Below, piece by piece: positions 41,566-52,094 of a DNA stretch of 64,000 bases. This DNA is from an uncultured Acidobacteriota bacterium (GTDB lineage Bacteria; Acidobacteriota; Thermoanaerobaculia; Gp7-AA8). Position 1 is the first letter of the stretch; each line of letters starts with the position of its first letter. The notes below the pieces were generated by a model. The model saw nothing but the letters and a program-made list of their open reading frames with translations. It did no database searches and had not been told where the DNA came from. Location of the stretch: NCBI GenBank assembly GCA_963822445.1, contig CAWGHO010000003.1, positions 832,001 to 896,000 on the forward strand, given 5' to 3'. The position numbers and the translations under genes are program-made.

Positions 41566-43101
41566 ATGTTCACCTTCAAGCTCGCCGACACTCCTGCCGA
41601 GATCGAGCAGATCCAGGCCCTTCACTACAAGACCTTCGTCGAGGAGATCCCGCAGCACCATCCCAACGAGGCGCGGCGGCATGTCGACAAGTTTCATGAC
41701 GACAACGTGTATGTGATCTCGCTGCGGGATGACGAGGTGGTTGGGTCGCTGGCGGTGCGGACGCACCGGCCGTTTTCGCTCGACGGGAAGCTGGAGGATC
41801 TCGACAGCTATCTGCCCGAGGGGCGGCGGATCTGCGAGGTGCGGCTGCTGTCGATCGATCGCGAGCATCGCACCGGCGTCGTGTTGCCGGGGATCCTGTC
41901 GGCGTTTCACGACTACGCGATGGGGCAGCGGTTCGACTGCGCGGTGATCTCGGCGACGACGCGGCAATTGAAGCTTTACGCGCAGCTCGGATTCGAGCCG
42001 TTCGGGCCGCTCGTCGGAACGGACGAGGCACCGTTTCAGCCGATGATCGTCACGCTGGAGCGGTTCCGCGAGCATGTCCGCCGCTTCGGCGCGCTGCCGC
42101 CGGCGATGCGCGGCGAGATCGCGACCTTTCTTCCAGGGCCCGTCGCTGTGCATGCGGATGTCGCGGCGGCGTTCGCGTCGCCTCCGGCGTCGCATCGCTC
42201 CCACACGTTCAGCGATGACCTTCGGGCGGTGAAGGCCAGTCTCTGCGCGATGACGGGAGCGAAGCACGTCGCGGTGCTCTTAGGCAGCGGGACGGTGGCC
42301 AACGACGTCGTGGCCGCGCAGCTTTCGCTGCTCGAAGGTGCGCGCGGTCTCGTGGCGAGCAACGGCGAATTCGGGGAGCGGCTGGCCGATCACGCCTCTC
42401 GGGCGCGGCTGAACTTCGAGCATCTCCGCTTCGAGTGGGGACAGCCGCTCGACGTCCACGCGATCCGCGCGAAGAACGCCGATTGGACGTGGGTCGTGGC
42501 CTGCGAGACGTCGACGGGGACGCTCAACGACATCGCCGCGCTGGGTGACGTGCAGCGCTTGTGCGTCGACGCGGTCAGTGCGATCGGAGCGGTGCCGCTC
42601 GATCTCTCGAAGGTCTGGCTGGCGACGGGGGCCAGCGGAAAAGCGCTGGCGTCGTATCCAGGCCTGTCGTTCGTCTTTCACGATCACGCCGTCGCCCCGG
42701 CGCCGCACGGTCTACCGCGCTATCTCGACCTCGGACTGTACGGCGTCGAGGGAGAAGTGCCGTTCACGCATTCCTCGAATCTCGTGCGCGCGCTGCGCGT
42801 GGCCGTGGAGCGCGTGGACTGGCCGAAGCGCTACGCGGAACTGGCCCGCATCGGCGATTGGCTGCGCGCGCGGCTCGAAGCGGCCGGCGTGAAGCTCATT
42901 CGCTCATCCGCGCCGCATGTCGTCACGATCGAAGTGGACGACGCGGCGTCCGTCGCCGCCTCGCTGGAGAAGAGCGGATTCGTCGTCGCTCATGCGAGCT
43001 CCTACCTGCGCGCGCGCAACTGGTTGCAGATCGCGGTGATGGGGGAAGTGACGCGCGCGCAACTGAGCGGGGTGGTGCGGGAGCTGGGGCGGCGGATGTG
43101 A
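41566..43101 (+). CDS. Fusion: GNAT-fold acyltransferase + class V PLP aminotransferase
   Basis: N-domain FK.A....E..QI..L.Y.TFVEE...CEVRLL...LY..LGF; C-domain FLPGPV, GSGT.AN, NGEFGERL, ETSTG.LND, VDAVS, ASGK (PLP Lys). Confidence 0.85.
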   Translation: MFTFKLADTPAEIEQIQALHYKTFVEEIPQHHPNEARRHVDKFHDDNVYVISLRDDEVVGSLAVRTHRPFSLDGKLEDLDSYLPEGRRICEVRLLSIDREHRTGVVLPGILSAFHDYAMGQRFDCAVISATTRQLKLYAQLGFEPFGPLVGTDEAPFQPMIVTLERFREHVRRFGALPPAMRGEIATFLPGPVAVHADVAAAFASPPASHRSHTFSDDLRAVKASLCAMTGAKHVAVLLGSGTVANDVVAAQLSLLEGARGLVASNGEFGERLADHASRARLNFEHLRFEWGQPLDVHAIRAKNADWTWVVACETSTGTLNDIAALGDVQRLCVDAVSAIGAVPLDLSKVWLATGASGKALASYPGLSFVFHDHAVAPAPHGLPRYLDLGLYGVEGEVPFTHSSNLVRALRVAVERVDWPKRYAELARIGDWLRARLEAAGVKLIRSSAPHVVTIEVDDAASVAASLEKSGFVVAHASSYLRARNWLQIAVMGEVTRAQLSGVVRELGRRM

Positions 43102-43113
43102 CGGAACGCCAGT

Positions 43114-43209
43114 TCTGGAGAGCGGCAGCAGAGCTGCCGCTCTCGCTTGCGCCAGCCGCAGCTGGCGCTGCGGCGAGTGAGAGCGGCGGCCTTGCCGCCG
43201 CAGTCCAGA
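43114..43209. repeat. Inverted REP-like doublet between convergent genes
   Basis: TCTGGAGAGCGGCAGCAGAGCTGCCGCTCTC (43114-44) and a related inverted copy (43179-209), each self-complementary. Confidence 0.8.
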
Positions 43210-43220
43210 GCTTGACGTCG

Positions 43221-46200
43221 TCACTCCATCCCAATCACAACCCCACCCGGCGCGCTGACCTCGACGGTCTTCTCCGCATACCCAATCGTCACCACCTTCA
43301 CCCGATACTTCCCTGGCGCAAGCGAGAACACGAACTCCGATCCGTCGGCGGTGCGTCTCGGACGGATCGGCAGGAGCGTTCCCTTCTCATCGGCGATGAC
43401 GAGGTGTGCTTCGAGCGGCGTTCCGTTTCGCGCGTCGACGACCCGCACGCGCAACTCCGACGCGGGCGCGAGCTCGAATTGCGCTCGGATCGCCGCGCTA
43501 CCGCCCGCGAGGACCTCCTGCGAGCGCTGCGCATACCCCGCGGCGGACGCTATCAGCAGGTGAGGTCCGCTCGCGGAAACGACCAGCGTGAACCGGCCGT
43601 TGAGATCGGTGATGGTCTCGCCTGAGAAAGCCGGCATGTTCGCGTTCACCGCCTCGCGGGGCACGAGCGTGACCAGAGCCTCGCGAATCGGCAGGCCGGT
43701 CGCGGCATCGAGCACGATCCCTTCGATGGTCTGCTCGGCGAGATGCACGTCGAAGGTCTCCGAGCCACGCACGTCCCGACTGGTCTGGTAACTCCGCGAC
43801 TGCAGCGCCTCGGCATGAACGAAGACCTGATAGCGCCCGCTGGCCGGCAGCCCGGCCTCGTACGTGCCGTCCTCGCGCGTCGTGGCGTTGACCATCCCGA
43901 ATTCTTCGTTGTGAAACACGACCTGCGCCCGCGCGACCGGCTTCGAAGCGCCATGCGTGACGCGGCCGCTGACGATCAACGCCGGTGTGAGATCGAGATC
44001 GACGCGCATTGTCTGTCCCGGCGAAAGCGCGACGCGCTTGCGGACCGTGGAGCGCGAGCCCGCCGCCGTCTCGACATGCGCGGCGATGTCCACCAGACCC
44101 GCCGGCGCGTTCTCGATCCGGTAGTTCCCCGACGCGTCGATCATTCCTTCGGCACCCCGTTCCGTCGATTGGGCGAAGACCGTTCCCCGCGCCATTTTTC
44201 CGCTGTCGCGGGGTAGGCCGGAGACAGTGCCGAAGACGACTCCGCGTCCGCGGCCATCGAGCTCGATCGTCACTTCGCGTCGCTGCCCGGGATCGACGTC
44301 GCCCACCTGCGCATGATGGGTCTCGAAGTTCGCGTTGAGCGTGTAGCGCGCGGCGATGAGCCCTTCCAGCGTGAACCGACCTCGCTCGTCGGTTGCGGCG
44401 GATTGATGATCCGAGCCGAGCGCGGACGTCGTGGCGTCGACGTTTGCGCCGGCGATCGGTTTTCCGTTGAGCGTGACGATCCCCGAAACCGTGAGGCCTC
44501 GCGCGAGGGTGATGTCGACACGCGTCTGCGGCTCGACGTCGATCGTCTTCCGCTGCATGACGTAGCCGCGGGCGCGGACGATGACCTGCGAAGAGCCGGT
44601 CTCGACGCCGGTGATGGTGAACGTGCCGTCTTCGCCCGTCGTCGCGGACATCGGACCCATGCGCGTCACCGACCGGCTGGACCGCGTGATCTCGCCGATC
44701 TCGCTCATGACCATGACCTGGGCCTCGAGCACGGGCTTGCCCTGCTCGTCGATGACTCGGCCGCTGACTGTTGCTCCGCGGCTCAGCGGAATCTCGACGA
44801 ATGCCTGCTCGCCTTCGACGATGCGGACTTCGCGCGGCTCCGAGGCGATGAAGCCGGTCGCCGCGGCAACGATGCGATACGCGCCGACGGGAACGGTCGT
44901 GTCGAACGTTCCGTCCTCGCGAGACTCGCCGCGCTGATGACCGCCGCGCCGGCGCTCGTTCCGCGGTTCATCGAGCGACTCGAGGGAGTACAGAAACTGC
45001 GGCACCGGCTTGCCGGTTGCCGCGTCGATGACGCGCCCGCGAAGCACGGCCACCGGCGGCAGATCGATGTCCAGTTCCGCCGGCGCTTCGACGGTCAACA
45101 CCCTGTCGACCATCTCCTCGGCCTTGAACACGGCCACGGTGAAGGTCTCGCGGGGAAGAGCGTCGAACACGAACTCGCCCTTTTCGTCGGTCTGCACCGC
45201 ACGCTCGCCGCGCGGCGCCGTGCCGCCGCGAAGCGTTACGTGTGCGCCGGACACAGGCTGCTTGCCGCGATGCACGCGGCCGCGGATCTGATGGCCGGTT
45301 TCGAGGGCGATGTCGATCGTCGTGGCGCGCGCGATCGATCGCGAGGTCGTCTGCTGCTGATGCTTCGGCGCGGATGCTGCGAAGACGTAGTCGTCGGCCT
45401 CGAGGTGGAGCATGGCTGTTCCGCCCGCGTCGGTCTTCACGCGCCGCCGCGCGGCGTGAGGCATGAGCAGGACGCCGGGATCGCCGAAACTCGCGATCTC
45501 CTCCGCGCCGGCGTAGCTGACATTCGCATCAGTCAGCGCCTTTCCCGCGCGATCGGTCACGCGAACGGTGACGGTCTCGAAGCGGGGGAGCGTGATGGTC
45601 GTGTTCTTCGCCTGCGCGAGCGGGAACGCTTTCGATCGCGTCGACGAATGGCGCGGCGGAGTCACCACGATCTCGACCGGATTCGTGTCCTCGAACGGCG
45701 GGGCAGGAACGGCGAACCGTCCGTCGGGGAAGGTGCGGGTGATGGGCTGGTGAAAATATTCGAGCGTGGGCCGGCCGGAAGGAACGAGCATCACATCCGC
45801 GCGCGCGACCGGTTTTCCGTCCGCATCGAGCACGCGGCCGGCGATGAGCTGCGCCGCGACGAGCTCGACGTCCTGCGACGCCTCGCGTGCCTGCGTCACA
45901 TCGGCGTACTGCATCTCGCTGTCGGCGTACATCCGACTCTCGTGAATCGATCGCAGGCGAGGCGACAGTCCATCGCCCATCGCCACCATGTAGCGTCCCG
46001 CCGCGACGTTGATGCGGTAGCGGCCTTTGTCGTCCGTGGTGATGGTCGTCGGCGAGTGGTAGACCTCGCCCAGGCCGTGAATCATCACCGGCGCATTCGC
46101 CAGCGGCTTCTTGCCGATGCGAGCGATGCCCGTGATCACGCGATCCCGTTCGACCACCGGTGCCGAAGTGGCGCGGCCAGCACGCATCGGCACGGCGCTG

Positions 46201-46496
46201 GTCGTCATGATCATGTCTTCGCGGCCGAGGGTGATGGTCAGGGGTGGATCGCCGGCAAGGGCCAGCAGTTTCGCGGCAGGCATGTTCGCCGCGCGCACCT
46301 CGATGTTGACGATCGAATCGGCAGGTGCGGTGACCTTGAAATGGCCGTCATCGGAGGTCGTCGCGCGTTGTGAACCGGCGGTGACGGCGGCTTTCGCGAC
46401 CGGCGTTCCGTCGGGCGTGTAGACGTAGCCTTCCACGTCGACCGCGAGTGCGGCGGGCGCGGCAAGCAGCATCAGCAGCAGAGCGAACCGTGTCAT
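43221..46496 (-). CDS. Secreted carboxypeptidase-regulatory-like (transthyretin-like) repeat protein
   Basis: Signal peptide; about 11 repeats of G.V.D..GKP...A.V...TD..G.F; the ORF-track N-terminal extension overlaps the next gene. Confidence 0.88.
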   Translation of the reverse strand: MTRFALLLMLLAAPAALAVDVEGYVYTPDGTPVAKAAVTAGSQRATTSDDGHFKVTAPADSIVNIEVRAANMPAAKLLALAGDPPLTITLGREDMIMTTSAVPMRAGRATSAPVVERDRVITGIARIGKKPLANAPVMIHGLGEVYHSPTTITTDDKGRYRINVAAGRYMVAMGDGLSPRLRSIHESRMYADSEMQYADVTQAREASQDVELVAAQLIAGRVLDADGKPVARADVMLVPSGRPTLEYFHQPITRTFPDGRFAVPAPPFEDTNPVEIVVTPPRHSSTRSKAFPLAQAKNTTITLPRFETVTVRVTDRAGKALTDANVSYAGAEEIASFGDPGVLLMPHAARRRVKTDAGGTAMLHLEADDYVFAASAPKHQQQTTSRSIARATTIDIALETGHQIRGRVHRGKQPVSGAHVTLRGGTAPRGERAVQTDEKGEFVFDALPRETFTVAVFKAEEMVDRVLTVEAPAELDIDLPPVAVLRGRVIDAATGKPVPQFLYSLESLDEPRNERRRGGHQRGESREDGTFDTTVPVGAYRIVAAATGFIASEPREVRIVEGEQAFVEIPLSRGATVSGRVIDEQGKPVLEAQVMVMSEIGEITRSSRSVTRMGPMSATTGEDGTFTITGVETGSSQVIVRARGYVMQRKTIDVEPQTRVDITLARGLTVSGIVTLNGKPIAGANVDATTSALGSDHQSAATDERGRFTLEGLIAARYTLNANFETHHAQVGDVDPGQRREVTIELDGRGRGVVFGTVSGLPRDSGKMARGTVFAQSTERGAEGMIDASGNYRIENAPAGLVDIAAHVETAAGSRSTVRKRVALSPGQTMRVDLDLTPALIVSGRVTHGASKPVARAQVVFHNEEFGMVNATTREDGTYEAGLPASGRYQVFVHAEALQSRSYQTSRDVRGSETFDVHLAEQTIEGIVLDAATGLPIREALVTLVPREAVNANMPAFSGETITDLNGRFTLVVSASGPHLLIASAAGYAQRSQEVLAGGSAAIRAQFELAPASELRVRVVDARNGTPLEAHLVIADEKGTLLPIRPRRTADGSEFVFSLAPGKYRVKVVTIGYAEKTVEVSAPGGVVIGME

Positions 46497-46560
46497 CGCC
46501 AGTGAAAAGCGCTGCCGGGCGGTGAAATATTTGCAGTGCAGACTCATCGGAGGAAAACCG

Positions 46561-47333
<773 letters not shown>

Positions 47334-47335
<2 letters not shown>

Positions 47336-49374
47336 AAGCTCGCAGCGCGACTCTGTCCCCGAACCGCGCAGCCACCGCGGCCATCATCGTTTCGGTGGCC
47401 GCGTTCACTTCCTCGTTCGTCAGGGCGTGATCGGCGAGGTATTCGATCTCGAACGTGATCGCGTTGGCGTCCGGCAGTTCGAAGAGATCGGTGATGCGGA
47501 TCGTGCGGATGAAGGACGGCGCGGCGGCGAGCAGCGTCGCGCTGACTTCGCCGGCGCTGATTCCGCGCGGAATCGCATACGCCACATTGCGCACGACGGC
47601 CTGGCGTGAGGGCGGCTCGGTGTAGGTCTTCGGCAGCGGCGATGCGAGCAGCGATTCGCTCTCGATCTCGAAATACACCGGCCGCTGGCGTTTGATGTCG
47701 AAGCGTTGCAGCACGGAGCGGATGAAGCTCACCGACGATGCCGCGCAGCGATCCATTGACCTGGATTCTGGCGCGGCGGCCGGGATGGAAGAAGGACTCG
47801 AGACGATGTCCGTCTGATGCGACCAGCTGGATGTCGACGCGGAGCTCCAGCCGCAGTTGCTCGAGGATGCCTTTGACGTAAATCGCGTCGGCGTTGCGTC
47901 CTTTGTCACCCCAGAACGGACCGCGATCGCGGCCGTTGACCAGCCCCCACAGCACGCCCTGTTCGGAGAGATCGGCGAGGTAGATCTTCGCCCACTCGTA
48001 AATCTTCAGGCTGGCGGTCTTGAGGTTGAGGTTCGTGACCAGCGCGTCGAGCGCCTGCGCAAGCGTGTTGTTGCGCATGAGCGAGTAGTTCTTCTCGATC
48101 GAGTTCTGCATCTCCACGTGCGGCCACAAGGCATCGCCTTCGACGACGCCGAGGCGGTCGCGCATGCCGCGGCCGTAAAAGCTGTCGGTGAAGATCTCGT
48201 AGAAACCTTCGGCGACGAGGACTTCGTTCACGTGCGCGACGACGTTCTCTTCGTGCGACGGCAGCGCGCCCATTTCCACGTGCGGCAGCGTAACCACTGT
48301 CTCGTTGTAGCCCACGCTCTTCACCAGCTCCTCGGCGATGTCCGCCTCGAAGTGCACATCCCAGAGGCGATGGGGAGGCACGATCGCGCGGAACGTCTGC
48401 TCGTTCGGATCCTCAATGGCGAAGCCGTAGCGCGTCAGGCGATCGGCCATCTGCATCGCGCTGATTTCCGCGCCGATGAAACGACGCATCGCCGGAACGT
48501 GAACTTCGATCGTCCTCTGCGGATCGCGCCAGTCGCCCGCGGCGTAGGCATTGCCGATGCGATAGCCGGAGTATTTTTCCAGCAGATACGCGACCCGCGA
48601 GGCACCGATGAGCGGCAGACTCGGATCGCCGCCGCGCATGAAGCGCGCCGCGGCATCGGTCGGTTGATCGAGCTTTCGCGAAGCGATGCGCACGGCAACC
48701 GGATCGAAAGTCGCGGACTCGAGGAGGATTCGCGTCGTCTTCGGCGTAACCGACGACTCCACGCAGCCGATGACGCCGGCGATGCCGAGGATCTTCGACT
48801 CGTCGGCGATCACGAGCGTGCCTTCGGGGATCTCCACGGCTTCCGGCGTGAAGAGCATCCACGCCTTTTCGTCTTTGCGCGACGTGCGAATGATGATCGG
48901 TCCGTCGATCGTGTCCGCGTCGAAGGCATGCGTCGGTTGGCCGATCTCGATGTTGGCGAGGTTCGACGCGTCAACGGACGCGCTGATGGAATGGATGTCG
49001 GCAGCGGTGAGGGGGAGGAGAGCTTCGCCTGGCAGCACACCGCCATCGGTTTTGAACAGCTCCGTCACCGTGTACACGAGACAGAGCGGCGACTCGATAC
49101 GCACGCGATCGGGCGTCGCGTTCTGCCGGTTCAGTGTCGCAACCGGCGGATAACGCAACCGCCCGCCCGTCCGCCCGCTCGCTTCGCGGGCGATGCCGGC
49201 GTAGCAGTAGTGATCGCCGCGGTTCGCCAGGAGCTCGACGTTGAACACCGTGCCGAGCGACGAGGTCTCCGCGGTTTTCACTTCGATGCCGACGTCGTCG
49301 AGGAGCTCGCGCGCGTCGTGCAGGCGCTCGGGCATGTCGATGAAGGTGCGCAGATGTTCAAGGAGGATCTTCAC
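47334..49374 (-). CDS. pheT: Phenylalanine--tRNA ligase beta subunit, short divergent form (one +1 frameshift near 47718)
   Basis: GTGA overlap with pheS; ANRGD...GIARE, GQPTHAFD, ESATF, D.....DIAEE, HPGR.A, GELHP, then C-terminal FDX-ACB in the next frame (PVYFEIE...LTNEEVN...LRA). Confidence 0.9.
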
Positions 49375-50429
49375 AGGCCCCCTCGGTGGATGGTGCGGTG
49401 AACGCGCAGGTCCTGTTCGTAAAGCGGTTTGAGCGCGGTCATGCCCGCGGCCTGCGCGGCGATGCGCGTTGTGCCGAGGCCGAAGGCGATGCCGCTGACC
49501 CGGGTGTGGTCGTAGCCGAACTCGATGAAGACCTTGGGATGGATCATCCCCGAGCCGAGGATGGTGATCCAGCCCGCGCCGCGGCAGGTCGGGCACTCGT
49601 CGGTCTTGCCGAAGCAGACCGCGCACTGGATGTCCATGCCCACCGAGGGCTCGGTGTAGGGGTAGTACTTCGGCTTGAAGCGGAACTTGTGCTCCGCGCC
49701 GTAAATCGATTTCGCGATCTCCAGCAGCGTGCCTTTGAGATCGCCGAAGGTCAGGCCTTCCTCGACCCAGATGCCTTCGAACTGGTGAAACATCGCCAGG
49801 TGGGTCGCGTCGACAGCCTCGTTGCGATACACACGGCCCGCGGCGACGACTTTGATCGGCAGGGGAGGCTTCGATTCCAGCACGCGGGCCTGCACGGTGG
49901 TGGTGTGCGAGCGCAGGAGCATGTTGTTCGGCAGCCAGAACGTGTCCTGCATGTCCCGCGCGGGATGGTTCTCGGGGATGTTGAGCGCGTCGAAGTTGTA
50001 ATACGGCGTCTCGATGTCCGGCCCCGGCTCGAGCCGGAACCCGAGCCGGCGCATGACGTCCATGCACTTTTGATGGACCTGGGTGAGCGGATGCGTCGAG
50101 CCGCGCTGCTGGGCGATGCCGGGTAGGGTGAGGTCCTGCCACTCGCTCTCGATCTGTTTCGCAACCGCCGCCTCGGCGACTCGGGCGTTGGCTTCGTCGA
50201 GCTCGCGCTCGATGTGTGCTTGCAGGTCGTTGAGGCCTTGTGCGAATTGCGCTCTGATGTCCGCATCCATCGAGCCGAGCGATTTGAGCTGCTTTCTGAC
50301 GTCTGACTTCTTACCGAGATACTTCGTCCTTAGCTCATTCAGTTCCTCAGGGGTCTGCGCGTCTGAGAGTTCGGTATCGAACGTGGCTCGGATGTTGTCC
50401 GCCGCTTCGGCGGGTATGAGCGGTTTCAC
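49371..50429 (-). CDS. pheS: Phenylalanine--tRNA ligase alpha subunit, divergent
   Basis: HPL, NFDALN.P..HPARDMQDTF, GRVYRNE..DATH, FHQ.EG, TEPS, CxxC..CxxC, G.AFG.G; GTG start overlaps the lysS stop. Confidence 0.93.
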   Translation of the reverse strand: MKPLIPAEAADNIRATFDTELSDAQTPEELNELRTKYLGKKSDVRKQLKSLGSMDADIRAQFAQGLNDLQAHIERELDEANARVAEAAVAKQIESEWQDLTLPGIAQQRGSTHPLTQVHQKCMDVMRRLGFRLEPGPDIETPYYNFDALNIPENHPARDMQDTFWLPNNMLLRSHTTTVQARVLESKPPLPIKVVAAGRVYRNEAVDATHLAMFHQFEGIWVEEGLTFGDLKGTLLEIAKSIYGAEHKFRFKPKYYPYTEPSVGMDIQCAVCFGKTDECPTCRGAGWITILGSGMIHPKVFIEFGYDHTRVSGIAFGLGTTRIAAQAAGMTALKPLYEQDLRVHRTIHRGGL

Positions 50430-51960
50430 GCAGATTCCTCTGAGCCTGTGAGCCTCTGAGCCTCTGAGCCTTCCGGCTCCTCGGCCTCCGGCTTCATCAA
50501 CGGAAACCAAACCACATCCCGCAGGTTCGGCGCATCCGTCAGCAGGGCGACGAAGCGATCGATGCCCATGCCCCAGCCGGAGATCGGCGGCATGCCGAAC
50601 TCCATCGCCGTCAGGTAATCCTCGTCGGCGGGCATGGCCTCGTCGTCGCCTTTCTTGCGCAGCTCGGCCTGTTCCTCGAAGCGGCGGCGCTGGTCGAGCG
50701 GGTCGACGAGCTCGGAGTAGGCGTTGATCACTTCCCACGTATCGACGACGAGCTGGAAACGATCGACGGCATCGGGATTCGTGTCGCTGCGGCGAGCGAG
50801 CGGGGAGAGGTCGACGGGATGGCCGACGATGAACGTCGGCTGGATCAGCGTCGGACGCGCGGTGCGCTTGTAGAGCTGGTCGATGAGGCTTCCGCGGCCC
50901 GCACCGGGATTATCCAGCTCGACCTTCACCGCGAAGATCGCTTTGCGCAGCGAATCGGCGTCTTTGTACTGATCGATGTCGATGCCGCTGTGCTCGCGGA
51001 TCACATCGCGCGAGCCGGCGCCGCGGCCAGGGCTGCTCGAAGTCGATGGTCTTGCCGCCGCGCTCGATCTGCAGCGTGCCCACCGCCTCCTTGATCGCAT
51101 GCTTGAGCAGCGCCTCGGTGAAGGTCATGTTGTCTTCGTAGTTCCAGTAGGCCGCGTAGAACTCCAGCATCGTGAATTCCTGGAGGTGCGACGCGGCCAG
51201 ACCTTCGTTGCGGAAGCAGCGCGCGAACTCGTAGACGCGGTCGTAGCCGCCGACGATGAGACGCTTGAGATACGTCTCCGGCGCAATGCGCAGGACGAGA
51301 TCCATGTCGAGCGCGTTGTGATGCGTGAAGAACGGCCGGGCCAGAGCGCCCGACTGCGTGCGTGTTGAGGATCGGCGTCTCGACTTCGACGAAGCCGCTG
51401 CGGTTCAGGAAGTCGCGCAGCGCATTGACGGACTTCGTGCGCACGCGAAAGCGATTGCGCGTCTCTTCGTTCGACACGAGATCGAGGTAGCGCTTGCGCC
51501 AGTTCAGCTCCGATGTCTTTGACGCCCTGGTACTTGTTCGGCGGCGGATTGCAGGGTCTTGCCGAGGAAGATCCAGTTGCGGACTTTGATGGTCAGCTCG
51601 CCCTTGTCGGTGTGGTACATCTCGCCTTCGACGCCGAGGAAATCCCAGCGGTCGACGGTTTTGGAGAAGAGCTCGTACTTCTTCCGGCTCACCTCGGGAT
51701 CGTCATCGAGCTGATCGCGCGACGAGGGCGAGCTGGATGTGCCCGTCGAAGTCCTCCAGCGTGGCGAACGTGAGCTTCCCGAACTTGCGCAGCTGCCCGA
51801 CGCGACCGGCCGCGCGCACCTTCGTCCCATCCGCGAGCTTCATCGATTTCCGCGATGCGTGTGCGTGCGCTCGAAACGGTCCGGATGAACCTGAATCCCG
51901 GCGCGCCTCGAGGGCTTCTCGTTTTTCGATGCGGACGTCGCGGAGGGACTGCTCGGCCAT
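50426..51960 (-). CDS. lysS: Lysine--tRNA ligase (class II), broken by about 8 single-base insertions
   Basis: Fragments in successive frames: R.FGKLTF (OB fold), [74 protein letters not shown]. Confidence 0.92.
50437..50470. repeat. Single-arm octamer array (CCTSTGAG)x4 inside the lysS 3' end
   Basis: cctctgag cctgtgag cctctgag cctctgag; same unit family as 51983-52071. Confidence 0.85.
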
Positions 51961-51982
51961 AGGGGCGGGAGAATAGCAGACG

Positions 51983-52071
51983 AGGCTCAAAGGCTCAGAG
52001 GCTCAAAGGCTCAAAGCAGAGGCGTGTCCATTCATGACCTTTGAGCCTCTGCGCCTTTGAGCCTTTGAGCC
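51983..52071. repeat. Inverted octamer arrays (AGGCTCAR)x4 ... (CCTYTGMG)x4
   Basis: Units at 51983-52014 and 52038-52069, between divergent genes. Confidence 0.9.
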
Positions 52072-52094
52072 ATGCGATGCACAATGCCCCGCCC

